A model generated the notes under the pieces. That model worked only from the letters and a program-made list of their open reading frames with translations, was not told where the DNA came from and did no database searches. Shown piece by piece: positions 40,701 through 55,700 of a stretch of DNA of 64,000 bases; positions within the stretch are counted from its first letter, which is position 1; every line of letters starts with the position of its first letter. The position numbers were made by a program, and so were the translations under genes. Source of the stretch: Rhina ancylostomus (taxonomy: Eukaryota); contig JARFYF010000063.1 of assembly GCA_030265395.1 (NCBI GenBank), positions 64,105,654 to 64,169,653 of the forward strand, written 5' to 3'.

Positions 40701-43700
40701 AGTATATGATAAAATAGGGCAAAGTTAGCACCGTTTCATTAAGGGGAGATCTTGCCTGACATATCTGTTAGAATTCTTTAAGAAGGTAATAAGCAGGTTG
40801 ACAAAGAGTCTGTAGACACTATTTACAGTGGACGATGTGTAATCACCTTANNNNNNNNNNNNNNNNNNNNNNNNNNNNNNNNNNNNNNNNNNNNNNNNNN
40901 NNNNNNNNNNNNNNNNNNNNNNNNNNNNNNNNNNNNNNNNNNNNNNNNNNNNNNNNNNNNNNNNNNNNNNNNNNNNNNNNNNNNNNNNNNNNNNNNNNNN
41001 NNNNNNNNNNNNNNNCATGCTGGTGTCCTGAAGTTCAGTTTCAACAACTGAACATCAGGGGTTCTATTTGGAACTGCTGGCTTAGTCTGCACAATCTAGT
41101 CCATTACTGTCAGATTTTGATGGGAATAATATAGATGGGTACTTAAGTCAGTATGAATGGTTGGTCAAAGAGCCTGTTTTGGGGCTCATCTCTGACAATT
41201 TTTATATCTTGCCGTGGGTTAAGATGAATTGAGAAGTGATGGGATGACTTAAAATTGTTGAGCGAATATGCAAAATCAAGTCTAACTCTGCTGTTCCTAG
41301 TAAATTTCAAAATTCATTTATGATATGAAATATTCTATTACTTGTCATTCTACAAAAGAAATTCCTTTTAGTTCTTTCCCTTGCACCTCTTTCAAGTAGT
41401 TGCAGCTTAATGTTCTCTTGGAAACTTGATTTATTGCAGAGCTAAATGATGTTATGATTTGAATGGCAAATTTCATTTGTTGGCAGGAGCCCTTGCATTT
41501 GGACAGCATTGTATCAGTGTAGGAACATATTTTTGTATGCCAATGATAATGTTGTATCAGATCCTATGTATGTGAAAGGCTGTAATTGAATCCCATGTCA
41601 AAAGCTCTTTTGTTCTGCCCTTGAACTTGGGTCTGGCCGAATATAATAAAGTAGTATCTAATTGTGTAACTTATAAGCATAATTTGAGAATTGAATAACA
41701 TGATATGTAAAACTCTTATCTTCTGTTCCTAAACTTAGTTATCTCCTCCCCATCTTGTTTGATGCTAGGTTCTTGTTTTTTTTGCCCCATCTGCAGCAAA
41801 TGCCACAAGAACAGACCCTGACCCTAGACTCGAAGCTTCCAGAAAGTCGAGGCCTAGAAACTCTGAGCCTCGCACAGCAAAGCAGCCATTTGGGGATGAC
41901 TGGAGAAAGGAAGAGGCGCAAAACAAACTGGAAGTGCTGAATACACATGCGCTGCCAGCCGAAGTAAGAGAGATCCTTGATGACCTTCAGCTTGAGGGAA
42001 CTCGGAAAGGTTCAGAAGAAAAGGCAAATTTGGAAGGTGGCAAACAGACTACAGGAGGCCGTGCCTTCTGCAGAAGTGTGAGCCCAATTAAGAGAAAGCA
42101 GGAGAAGTCCAACCTGAGCACTGAAATGCAGCTGAAGCGATTGAGGCATTATGATGCAGAGGAGGTAAGGCAATATATTGCCAGACAACAAGTAGAGAGG
42201 AAGAAGAGGCAGACAGAAGAGAAGAAAGCTCAGAAGGAAGCAATGGAACAAAAGAACAAACGATTGCAAGAACTCTACAGGAAACAAAAAGAAGCCTTCT
42301 TGAAGCCTAGGCCAGAACCCATGTGCCAGAAATATTTACAGGAGACTTTCTCAAAATGTGTAACTGAGCTGGCGAAGTTTAATGAGCCGCCTCCCAACCA
42401 ACTAGTACCAGAGGAGAAACAGGTAACCCTTTTTATGCAGATATGTGCTGTTTCTTTTTGCTGTAATTAAAATTTTCCTTCGCATAACAGAGTAGACGAG
42501 GTTGTAAATGACCATGGAGGGAGACCTGAGCTAGCAAGATTGAACTAATTTTTCATGCAAGCCAATGTAACCAAATGTTTGAGCCTGCAGTACCAGAGCC
42601 TATCAAATGGTTTACGTATAAATTTAGTAAAAATATAAGGAAGTAAGAGCAGGAGTAGGCCTTTGAGGCTGCTCCCCCCTTTTAAGATCATAGCTGATCT
42701 CCTACTTCAGTGGCATTTTTAGCACTATTGCCATATTTTTTGAATTCCCATAATACATGGAAATTTATCCATATCTGTTTTGAATGAATGCTATGACTGA
42801 GCCTCCACAGCACTCTAGGTAAAGAATTTCAAAAGTTTCTTTAAATGAAGAAATTGCTCCTCATATCCATGCTAAATACCTATCCCTTATTCTAAAACTG
42901 CCCCAATCCTAGATTCTTCAGCCAGAGGACACACTCTCCCTGTATCTAGTCAGTCAATCCCTTTAAGAATTTTGTACTTTTCGACAAATTCTCCTTACAT
43001 TCTTCAGAACTCCAGAGAATGCAGTACAAACTCTCCTAACACAGCAATCCCCACCCTCCTTGGAATGGAACCAATCTAGTGGATCTCTGCTATGCTCACT
43101 CAACAGCAAGACTATCCTTTCTTGGACAAGGAGATGAAAGTTGCATACTCCAAATGCAGTCTTACCAAGGTCATGTAAAGCTGCAGTAAGACTTTGTTAG
43201 TCTTCTATTCAAATTTTTCTTGTAAAATCTAATGTACAATTTTCCCTCCTAATTGCTTGCTGCACCCTCATTGGCTTTCAGCAACTATGTTACAAGCACA
43301 CCTCAATCCCTTTTGGACATCAACACGTCACAAACTTTCACCATTTAACAAATACTGTTTTTCCATTATGTGTACTGAAACGGAAGACCACATTTTTACA
43401 TATTCTATCGGCCATGTTCTGGCCCATTCACCATATTAAGTCCACCTGAAGCCTCTGCACCATTCTCCATGCTTACAACTCCACCTTATTTGGTATCCTC
43501 AGCAAACTCTGAAACATGACATTTGATCCCCTTGGCCAAATTGTTGATGCAGATTTATTGAAAGTTGGGTCTCTGGCTGTGACCCCTGCAGTATCTCACT
43601 AGTCATAGCCTGCCAACTTGAGAGCAATCCATATATTCCTACCATTTTATTTTCTCAGTGATGACAATTCTCAATTCATGTCCTCCATTACCTACAATTC

Positions 43701-46700
43701 CATATGTTCTGACCTTCTTGGCCAAACTCCTGTGCAGGAACTTATCGATGCCTTCCAAAAAACCACATTGACCACCTCCCAGGTTCCCTTATCTATTCCA
43801 CTATTCATATCTGCAAAGAACTCGAGCAAATTATTTCCTTCTATGTTGGCTCTTCTCAATCCAATTATTGTTTATAAGATATTCTGTTATTACATCCTTT
43901 ATTAAAGTTTCCACCATTTCCCTATCACTGACATTAAGTTAACAGGTCAGTTATTCTCAGTTTTCTCTCTCCCACCCTCCCTTAAGTAATGTGATCACAT
44001 TTGCTCCCTCCAGTCAACTGGAACAATTCTAGAATCTATAGAACTGTGGAAGGTTTTAACTAGAGCACCCATGATGTCTAAAGCCATCTCTTTCAAAATT
44101 CTGGAATGTAAATCGTCAGGCCTTTTTGAGATTTATCAGTTTCAAGTTCACCAGCTTCTCTCATACTAATTTTTGACTGATACTTAATTCCTTTAGTTCC
44201 TCATTCTCACTAGGTCCTTGATTCTCTAATATAGCTATTTTATGTGTGTCTTTCATGATGGGTGTAAAGTAATTGTTTAATTTCCTCTAGGATTTCCTTA
44301 TTCCCTACTATTAATGCTCGTCTCTGTCTATAAGGTGCTCAGACTTGCCTTTTCATTTTAATGTACTGATAAAATATGCAGTATGTTATGTTGTATTTTT
44401 ACTTGTCACTATGTAGTGATGTAAGATGTTACTTAACCTGCAATGTAGGTGTTAATCTTGAACCTGATGCAACAACTTGCATTTGTGTAGCACCTTTTAA
44501 TGTAGAAAATATTCTAAGGTAGTCACAGGAGTGTTATCAGATAATAATTAACACTGAGCCAGTTGAGATATTAGGATGCATTACTGAAATATGCCTGATT
44601 TTTGGGAGAACTTTAGAAGACAAGATGGACTGAATTCCTGAGCTTGGATGCAGATAGGTCAGAGTGCACAGTAGTCATTTATCTCTTAATAGCATGTGAT
44701 CAATTAGAAAAAGCCTTGAATGTGTTTTGTAGACAGTATTTTTAGCTTCTATTGTCAGGTTTGTTTTTGGTAATGTTGATTACAGCCATTTTGGTGCTGT
44801 GGCAGGTCAGAACCTCAACTTGAGTTTCAGATGTGAAATTACAGAAAGATAAATTTAGGATGCCACTATACGTTCAAGAACTTTATAGAGACGAAGAAAC
44901 ACTTAACATTAGCTTAGCCTGGATGGTTGTCATCGAGAGAACAGGAGGTGTGTCTCAGGAAATTAATTTGGAGGTACAAAGAAACTAGAGAACAGGGTTT
45001 AGCATAATGTTCTAATTTAAGATGGGTAAGTGGATCTGGAAGGTTAGTACCAGAGATAGCTGAATGGGTAATGTCAATTTTACTAAATCAAGTTCACAGA
45101 TCCTTCATAATGTTCTTTTGATGTGGACCAACCAAATCTGGTGATGGATGACCAAGCAGGTTCAGTACCAAATTTTCTTTGTAACATAGTGAGTCACATG
45201 CTATTAAGAGATGGTTTTGTTTTTTAATATTGTTGGGTCTATATAATAGTTTTCTGTTCACTTTTTTCAGCCAAAGACTGTCTACCAGCCTTCAGGAGAA
45301 TCTGACAAAGAGAACAAAGGACAGGATCGCCCCCTTAGTGCCTCGTCGAGCAGTGACATGTCTCTCTCCGAATCTCGGCAGCCTCCTGGCAGGTAAGATG
45401 CATTTTGCATCAGAAGATATTTCAACCAGTGCTCCTTTTAACTAGATTTAATCTATTAATCCACAGTTAGATGGAAAGAATCAAAACGAGGTGTATTCCA
45501 TCAATACTCGTCACCCCTTATTGTTCACTTGTTTTCCCAAGTATTATTGTGTCTTTAATTTTTCAGCCTCTTTAATCTGAATATTGACAATGCAAAACAA
45601 ATGCCTCTCCCACTTATTTGCGTTCCCGCTCTCTGCCACTGGCATAGTATCTAGAGTTCACCATATACGTGAATCGTGCCATTGGTCTGGGCTATCTGCT
45701 TCCTGTTACAATAGCCACCTGCTTAATGAATGAGACCGAGTACATGGTCCTTTGCCAATCAAGAGCAGCAGGGCAACTTGTCAAAGTATTTCAGTTGATT
45801 TAAGTTTGGGGCCTTTCTTTGTAAGATGCCTCCAAGGCCTAAGAATTCTAGTTAATTTATTCTGATGTTACTCACCTTTTATATGCTGCCTTAGGCTACG
45901 ATGGTCAAAACTGAATCTTGGTATTTATTTACAGAACTTCCTCACTGGCCAACCTGCTTTGCATATTTCCTACTTTCTCTGGGTTATTTTTTTCTCCACA
46001 CACACACTTTTTCTTTTTAGCAATTTTGTTTGAGTTGGAACATCATAAATCCCCAATAGAACCCTTAAAGGTTCAGTGCATTTGTAATTGCTTTCTCAAA
46101 TTTTCTCATTTTTTGCAATAGCAAGTCTCCCTTAAGGTCAATTTTATTCCACTTATTGGTTAACAACCAAATTACATGTAAATTCTTCCACTTTATAGAG
46201 CTTTATATTTGCAATTCGAGTAAAACTTTCTGTTGCAGATTTTTAATAAAAAATATTTGGAATTGGAATAGGTTCATTATTGTCATTTGTAATGAGGTAC
46301 AGTGAAAAACTTGGCTTGCATACTATTCATACAGATCAATTCATTATACAGTGCCTTGAGGTAGTACAAGGTAAAAACTAACTGAATGCAGAATAAAGTG
46401 TAACAGTTACAGAGGAAGTGCATTACAGGTAGACAATAAGGTACAAGGCCATAATGAGGTAGATTGAGGTCAAGGGTCCATCTTATTGTACCAGGGAACC
46501 ATTCAGTAGTCTTATAATAGCGGGATAGAAGCTATCNNNNNNNNNNAGAAGTATAGACAGAGTGCATGGAAGGGAGGCTGGTTTGCATGCTGTGCTGAGC
46601 CGTGTCCACAACTCTCTGCAGTTTCTTGCACTACTGGGCAGAGCAGTTGCCATACCAAGTCATGATGCATCCAGATAGGATGCTTTCTATGGTGCATTGA

Positions 46701-49700
46701 CAAAAATTGGTGAGTGTCAAAGAGAACATGCCAAATTTCTTTAACCTCCTGAGGACGTGGAGGCCCTGGTGAGCTTTCTTGGCTGTGGCATCTACATGGT
46801 TGGACCAGGACAGGCTATTGGTGATGTTCACTTCTAGGAACTTGAAGCTGTCAACCCTCTCGACTTCAGCACCGTTGATATTAACAGGAGCATATGCACT
46901 GTCCCCCTTCTAAAGTCAATGACCAGCTCTTTCTTTTTGTTGATATTGAAGGAAAGGTTGTTGTCATGACACCATGTTACTAAGCTCTNNNNNNNNNNNN
47001 NNNNNNNNNNNNNNNNNNNNNNNNNNNNNNNNNNNNNNNNNNNNNNNNNNNNNNNNNNNNNNNNATTGTTATTTGAGATACAGCCCACTACAGTGGTATC
47101 ATCTGCAAACTTGTAGATGGAATTAGAGCAGAATCTGGCCATGTGTGTATAGGGAATAGAGTAGGGGGCTGAGGACACAGTCTTGTGGGGCATCAGTGTT
47201 GAGAATAATCATGCTGGAGACATGACCAGTCTGCAGAATATTAGTTGAAATTAATAACTTAAATATTTTATATATAAATGGTAAAATGTTTTGAGGTGTT
47301 CATAGTCATTATCTGGCAATATTTTGCACAGTTTTTGAGGACGAATGTAAAAGGGAGTGTGCTGAAGTGGCAAAGTGGTTTTGGGAGGGAATTCAGATAA
47401 ATTTTGACAAGTGTTATTCAGCAGTGTTTGGAAAAGTAGGTGATCTGGAAAGAATTTGTGAAAGTTAGTGTTAACAGAAATGACTTTGGCATATTCCCGA
47501 GTCAGCATGTCAGCAATGGAGATATAATGAATTATTGCAGATTTTTGCAGGTGATTATTAAAGTTTCTGTGCAATTTACCAATTTTCTGACAGCCAGTGT
47601 TCCAAATTCCAGAATTGCCAAATTTCCAGAAATACCAGTGGTGAGAGATGAGTATGGTGGTAATGTGAGGAGCAGATGAAGAAAACTCAAAGTATAGAAG
47701 GAAGTTGTGGGAAGTAAACATGTTACCTTTCCCAAACCCCAACCCAAGAAGGATTTCTTGCTTTCTATTGTATATATTCTACTGGAAATATTGGCAGTCT
47801 TTTTTTTCCTATGGAGGGCCAGAGCTCAATCCTGATTTTATCCCACCTGCTAATGTAAATGATTAAATCCCAACTGTTATCTTACCCAAACTTGAGATTT
47901 TGCTGTGGGATATGTCCGGTCATCAGTCTTTGTATATTACCTACATTGTTAGATAATGTCCCAGAATGGTTTCTTGGAAACCGTTGCTGTTTGACCATAT
48001 GTAACACCTTTAAGATGGATCTACATCTGTATTGCCTGGCAAGAGTTCAGAGAAATGCCTGGTTTTAGTTTTGGATTTGTTTATTTTGTGTACTGGTGAT
48101 GATAAAGTAGTTTTTAAAAAAAACTTTTCAGAAATTTTAGTATCCATTTTTCTGGTGCCTGTTGTCATCTTTGAAGAATTTTCAGTAGGAAACATGGCTT
48201 GTAAATTGATATTGATAAAGAAGGGATTCCACATAAGGATATGCAAGAGCTTCTGAATCTTACATTTACTGAATAGACCTATGAGTATAATGGAAACTGC
48301 CCTACTCACATATAAATTCAGTTTATGATGAAACTGCAGATGTGTTCACTTTTTTAAACATACTCTTTTTGATTTCACGCAGAAGGATTCAATATCTTCC
48401 TATCCTCAAATTGGGAAAGTGAAACTAAAATCTGGGCTTGTGCAACCACTGCACAACTAATATTGTTGGAAGTATATATTTGGAATTATAACCAGATTAT
48501 ATAAACACCAAAAATGGCAGGTCTGTGATGGAAGAGTTTTTGCGATGTTACCAGATAGCTGGTATGCAACAGCATTCTTTGGCCTCCAAATATTGAAACC
48601 CAAGTGCAGTGGGCTCCCTCATTCTAGTATTCAACATGGATTTCCATGTATTCAGTGAAATGCTTGTCCTATTCATAATCGGGCAAAGGGACCTGCATTC
48701 TTCCAATTCTCGCTTCTTGTTGGTCATTATTTAACACCATTGATAGCCTTTCTTTCAGCTGCCTAGGCCACAAATTTTGGAATAATGTTACTAAATGTTT
48801 GATAAGGTACCCCATGCAAGGCTTATTGAGAAAATAAGGAGGCATAAGCTCCAAGGGGACATTTCTTTGTGCACCCAGAACTGGCTGGCCCACAGAAGGC
48901 AAAAAGTGGTTGTTTACAGGTCATATTCTGCATGTAGGTAGTGACCAGTGGTGTGCCTCAGGGATCTATTCTGGGACCCTTGCTCTGTGATTTATATAAA
49001 TGACCTGGATGAGGAAGTCAAGGAATGGGTTAGTAAGTTCGCTGATGACACAAAGGTTGGAGGTGTTGTGGATAGTGTGGAGGGCAGTCAGAGGTTATAG
49101 CGGGACATAGGATGCAAAACTGGGCTGAGAAGTGGCAGATGGCGTTCAACCCAGATAGATGTGAAGTGGTTCATTTTGGGAGGTCAAATATGATGGCAGA
49201 ATATAGTATTAAGGGGTAAGACCCTTGGCAGTGTGGAGGATCAGAGGGATCTTGGGGTCTGAGTCTATAGGACACTCAAAGCAGCTGCACAGGTTGGCTC
49301 AATGGTTAAGAAGGCAAACGGTGTATTGTCCATTAATCGTGGAATTGAATTTAGGATCCGAGAGGTAATGTTGCAGCTATGTAGGACCCTGGTCAAACCC
49401 CATTTGGAGTACTGTGCTCAGTTCTGGTCGCCTCACTACAGGAAGGATGTGGAAACCATAGAAAGGGTGCAGGGGAGACTTACAAGGATGTTGGGGATTG
49501 GGGAGCATGCCTTATGAAAGCAGGTTGAGGGAACTCGGCCTTTTCTCCTTGTAGCGACAGAAGATGAGGGGTGACCTGATAAAGGTATATAAGATGATGA
49601 GAGGCATTGCTTGTCTGGATAGTCAGAGGCTTTTCCCCAGAGCTGAAATGGTTGCCACAAGAGGACACAGATTTAAGGTGCTGGGGAGTAGGTACAGAGG

Positions 49701-52700
49701 AGATGTCAGGGGTAAGTTTTTTTTACTTAGTGGTGAATGCGTGGAATGGGCTGCCGGCAACGGTGGTGGAGGCAGATTCGATAGGGTCTTTTGATCCTAT
49801 CCTATTGAAGAGACTTTTGAATAGGTACATGGAGCTCAGAAAAATAGAGGGCTGTGGGTAAGCTTAGTAATTTCTAAGGTAGGGACATTTTTGGCACAGC
49901 TTTGTGGGCCAAAGGGCCTGAATTGTGCTATAGGTTTTCTATGTTTTATGTTCTAAATCTCTCTTTTCCTGCTACCTCTTCGGCATACCAGAATGAGAAC
50001 TTTAAACCCATGACTCGGAGCTAGTGTTGGTCAGCAAGTAAAGGAGTGGTGGTTAAGCTGGTATTGAATTAGGAGGGAGGTTCCTGAGTTTTTGGTAAGC
50101 TGGTTCATAGAGTGCAAGGTGGGAGTCCGGCCAGAAGTGCATTTTAATAATCAAATCTAGATGTAATGCTGGCCAAGCTTTTAGCAACAGATGAGCTGAG
50201 ACAAGAACAGTTCTTATCTGGAGAACAGGTTCTCTTCGCTTAAGTATGAATATGACAACCACAGCATGGTCGGATGAGACCCTCGAATGCACAGGGATGG
50301 TTGCCAAATGTTTGAACGAAAGTTCTCTCTTACAGTGTTAGATGCCGCCCTGAACTGGTTGCAATATTTAATGGACTTGGGAGAAAGTCTGCATACCAGC
50401 TACCTGGTAATATTAGCAAAAGTTTATGCAGTCACCTCAAACATCTATTTTTAGCATTTATTTATAATCCTGGAAGCCTAATTTGAACCAGCCTTTGGTC
50501 ACCCATTCTAGTATGGGTTTTTGCAGTTTGGATCTGTGAATTGGGTAAGAATTTTACTGCATTAAAAAAAATTAGCAGAAGTAGAAGCTTGATTCTCTTT
50601 ATCTGGCAGCAGTTGGCATGCAGAGAAGTGATTTATTCACTATCTGAAACATTGTTTTGGGGAGTGCTACACAAGCTCTAATTGTAAAACATTCTCACCA
50701 AAAGTATCTGTTAATTTCAAACCACATGCTGTTTGTTTAGTGAGCTTCTAGGAAACAGTATTAGAAATGCCAATGAATTTTAGCAATGATTTGCATTGTG
50801 CACTGAGCAACGTGGCAATGTGGCAGGCTGTATCTTTTTAAAACAGACACACAATTCATTTCACAATCACTGTATCAGACTTGATCTGACAAATGAATGG
50901 GTGTCCTTGATAAATGCTGTCAATCTATTTAAATTTGTATCTCTACATCAGTTCTGTTGTTAAATGACAGTGTTGTTTTGTTTTGTCCATTAATTTGCCT
51001 GTGAACAAAATACAGTGTCATAGTCCTGGCCCCATAAGGATTGCAGGACTCACAACAATAGATTGGTGAATAGGAAGAAGAAAAACTGCTTCCTGGTTGT
51101 CATATGTTGGCTTTTAAAACCACACCAATGGAGGTTAAGGATGCCTTAGATATTTAAAAATTTTCTTTGCACAAGAAGGAAGCAAAAGCTGAACTGGTCG
51201 TGCTTCATTTGTGGAACTCTCACAAACATCTTTAAGAAAGTAATCAGCATTTGTTGACCCTTATTTTGGCCTTGGCCCCTGTGCTTACCTTGGGTAATTA
51301 GCTGCTAGATTCCCATTACAGATAGGTGTGCTGAGAGAATTAAAATTTCTTGATTCTATGTGGATTTGCACACTCTTAGCCCATCCAAAATGAATTGGTT
51401 ACCACTGGTGTTAAAGCAGAGCTAATTAACTGCAGTGTCTGAATCTAAACTGTCTGTGAAAGACTTGAAATAAAAACAGAAAATGTTGGAAACAGTCATG
51501 AGGTGAGGGAGCCTCGGATGCTGCCTGACTTGACTATTTCCAACATTTTCTGTTAATTTCATATCTCCAGTTTCTGCAGTGTTTGAATTTTATTTAATGA
51601 CAAAGGACTTGATCCTATTATTTTCCTCGTTAGTGGCAGCGTTTCTTTATATTAGAAGAAAGTGCAGATGCTGCCTTTTCAAAGTCCCCTCCAAGAACAC
51701 ACTAGAAGGCCACCTGGCCCCTGAAGCCTACCCTGCCATTCGATTCCCAGGGTTTAACTCCACATCTGTGCCAGATCCCCATAACCTCCCCCCACACCCC
51801 CAAACAATGTTATAAAAATTTATTCACTTCCACTTTAACATTTCTGATGAGTTAACCTCCTTAAATCTCTGGGGCAGCGAGCTCCAGACATTCACCATCC
51901 CATGCGAGATGTCTATGTATCCTGGTTTTCAATGATTGGCCCTTATCTTGAAATTATTCCCCCTTGTTCAAGATTGTCCCACTATTGAAAACATCTTGAC
52001 TTGTTGTGCCCCTTTAGGATCTTATGTTTCAATAATATGTTTTGGGTGGCACAGCTGGTAAAGCCACTGCCTCTCAGTGCCAGAAACCCATGTTCAGACA
52101 CCCCCACCCATTTCTTCTAAACGCCAAAGAATAAGACACAAACTATGCATCAGTCCTGATGCAGGGTTTCAATCCAAAACATCAGCAATTTCCTTCCTTC
52201 CCCAGATGCTGCATGACCCGCTGAGTTCATCCAGCACATTGTTTGTTGCTCCAGATTCCAGCATTTTAATTTATCAAGTCCTATTCAATCTAATTTTTTT
52301 CTTTCAACCATCTAGAATTGACTCAGCTTTTCCTTATGGAGAATGAAGGGAATAACATTTTTGAGATTTATTCATTGATAACTTTTTAATCTTTTGAACA
52401 GTTGTCTAATAAACACAATCTGCCTAGATCACATTTTTTCTATATTTACAGATTAGAAATGTTTTAAGTTACTTTACCTTCTTTTCCAACACCATATAAA
52501 ATTGAAATTATGGAAAGAGTTTTAGGTTTTAATCCTTATCAGAAGGACCTGATAGCAATAATTTATGATCGGATTATGAAAATACATTCAGAGGAACTTG
52601 ATAAAATTAAGAATGAATGGGAAAGAGACCTCCAGATACTTTTACCTTCAGAGGCATGGAAGAAAATTCTTCAATTAGTTAATACATCTTCTGTGTGTGC

Positions 52701-55700
52701 CAGACACTCTTTGATACAGTTTAAGGTGGTTCACAGGACCCATATGTCTAAGGACAAGTTAGCCCATTTTTATCACNNNNNNNNNNNNNNNNNNNNNNNN
52801 NNNNNNNNNNNNNNNNNNNNNNNNNNNNNNNNNNNNNNNNNNNNNNNNNNNNNNNNNNNNNNNNNNNNNNNNNNNNNNNNNNNNNNNTCTAGATTTTTTT
52901 TTACTCCTTGTGATTTTATATATATATATATATATATAAACTGTTATGATTACTATCCTGATCTTTACACCACAATTACTAATGTTATATATTCTGTACT
53001 AATTTGAAAATTAATAAAAAGATTGAAAAAGAAATTATCTAGGGCTGAGTTGGTGCACAACCTGTGAGAACATTTTGGTAACATGACCATGTATGATATC
53101 AAGCAGCTACATGAAAGAATGTTAAGATGCTGCGTTAAGAACAATGCAAGCAATTGCATTTGGTGTAGGACTTTTGTGAGGCTTACCTGGTTCTGGACCA
53201 TTAGTTTGTGAAAAGGACAAAGAATTTCATGGAATTGAAAATTAGTTTACAACTGTTTAGTGGCAAATATATAAGTTGAGCTTATGGCATCTGCTATCCA
53301 CATGGTGAGAGATTGCTCACTGACAGGATTGGCAAACAAGTAATTAATTTGTCTTTAAAACCCAATGCAACATTGCATTCCAAGAAAAAGGCATCTTGGA
53401 AGAGAAGGTGTTTAGTGTGAAGGAAGCTAGCACAGGTAACATGCACATGTAAGTTGTAATAGTGTAGAGTGCTCTCCCTTATGCCTGAAGGGAGAAAAGG
53501 TGTTGTCTTTGCTGTACCGAATTAATAAATAGCCCTGATCACCAAGGAGCTGGTGGAGTGATAGGAGAATCGATTTGTGGTTGAAGCTGGGAGATATCTC
53601 TATGATGGAGCTAGCCGTGGGTTTCAGGATTGTTCTTCAGGGCAGTTGTACTACACACCCAAAGCTGATGTGATGTCCAGAAATATTGTTGCAACATTTT
53701 ATCCTCAGCTGTACTTCACTAATCCAGTCAATGGATTGGGGGATGATTTGCAGCATTTAATGTTTGTTACATAGGACATTGAGACCACATTTATAGTGCA
53801 GTCTATAGCAAGGAAAGATGTACATTCATTGGAAGCAGTTCACAAGACCAATACCCAAAATCGGTGGGTCCACTTGTGAGGAAAAGACAGGCTAGACTTG
53901 CATCCACTGGCGTATGTATAAAAGAATGAGGGGGACTCAATTGGAAAATTAAGGTATTAAGGGGACTTGACATGGTGGATCTGGAGAGGATGTTTGCTCT
54001 CAGGGGTGAACCTAAACCCAGGTTACTCTTTGGAACTCTGTTTCCACCACCCTTTGAATGTAAGAGTCTTGAATATTTTTAAAATGGAGGTAAATAGATC
54101 CTTGTTAAGCAAGGGGGTGATGTGATCTTATTAAATGATGGGACTGATCCCTTACCCTCAATCATTGTTTCTTATGATGTGCACCTCAAACAATAATTTA
54201 TTCCTGTTCATCTGATGGGACTGGTGCATTTGGGAGGCAGTTTATGATCAGGCTCAGCATTTGCATGGGAGTGATTAATGCATATGCAAGGCGGCAAATA
54301 ATGATTTAACAAAGCACCTAAGTGAAGCTGAGATGATTGAATAGATGAATTGTCACACTGAAGCCACTTGTCCACCAGATGATGGATGGAGATTGTCTCC
54401 ATGGTTATATGCCCCACTGAAGATGCTAATGACAGTTGGATTGATAAAGGAAAAGCTCATTGTGAATCTGGGGGATAAAGTTGTGAGCTATAAATTTCAT
54501 CATGCATCAAGAGACTGTTTACTATATTCAAAAGAAACTAATCAAGGAAAATTTTAACTTCATAAAGCAAGTGGTTCTAAGAGTTTTGCCATATCAATAA
54601 TAAATACAACAAATGTTTTTTATCTTTTATACAAATTTAGCATTTACTCCTATTCAAAGCATATTATTACAAATAACATTTTTAGATGACATTAGATGCA
54701 CAAAAATGGCATGGTTAAAAGATTAACACAGATGTTTCTGTAGGCTGAATTTGTCTATGGTTTGAATGTTGTTCGGTCCAATGGAATTGGACTGGAGACA
54801 TTCAACTGCACTTTCGAAGTGCAGCCATTAAGGTAATGTCAGAAATATGGCCAAGAATAGGCTTTCCAAATATGTATATGATATTATGAGTGTTACCTTT
54901 TCTTACAAAATGTTGAGCACTAAATGTTGCTCAGATCATTGAGAGATGTTTTTTTCGAAGTGTTGCTGTTGTATCTTCAATGTTAACCTGATACTGTATT
55001 TGAAGGATTGCACTCCTGACTTTAAGTGCTCTTGGTACTGCACTGAAGTCTCCAACTGTTCTTTGTGGTCTTGTGGCTTGAATTTGTGAATCTTAGCATT
55101 GCTGGCAATTAAAACCTTACCTTTCTTCAGGCATTGTAATTTTTACCTGGTGAATTTCTTTTCCAGGCGTGAACATTTGGAGCCCTCCTGGATACCTCCT
55201 CATCAGGTCAACTCATCAGCCCAGGCTGCTCACCCTTCTGCTGGGGTTAATCTCTTCTCTCACCTGCTAAACCTGGAACCTCGAAGTTTGATGCCCAGGG
55301 ATTTTGAAACAACAGCAAAGAGGAAGGATGCTCCACCAAAAGGACACATGCCTTCCCTCCAGTGCCCACCCTCCAGCTCCTTGCCATATGATCACAAGGC
55401 AGCTGGACAAAAGCCCACAGTCCCATACAAGAGCAAACTGGACCGCATTGAGGCACTAAAGGCAACAGCAGCCTCCCTGTCCAATCGGATTGAGAATGAA
55501 GCGAAAAAGCTGGCGGGTGCTGGCATTAACTATGGCATCATACAGGACTCCGAGCACGATGTGGTGCAGACCACTTGGGATGATAGGCACTGGGCCAAGC
55601 TTGCCAGCCCACCTGTCCGTGATGGTGGCAGTGACGATGTCTCATCCAGAATTTGGAGAATCCAAGGACCCAACATGGGCCACACTACCTATGAGGATCA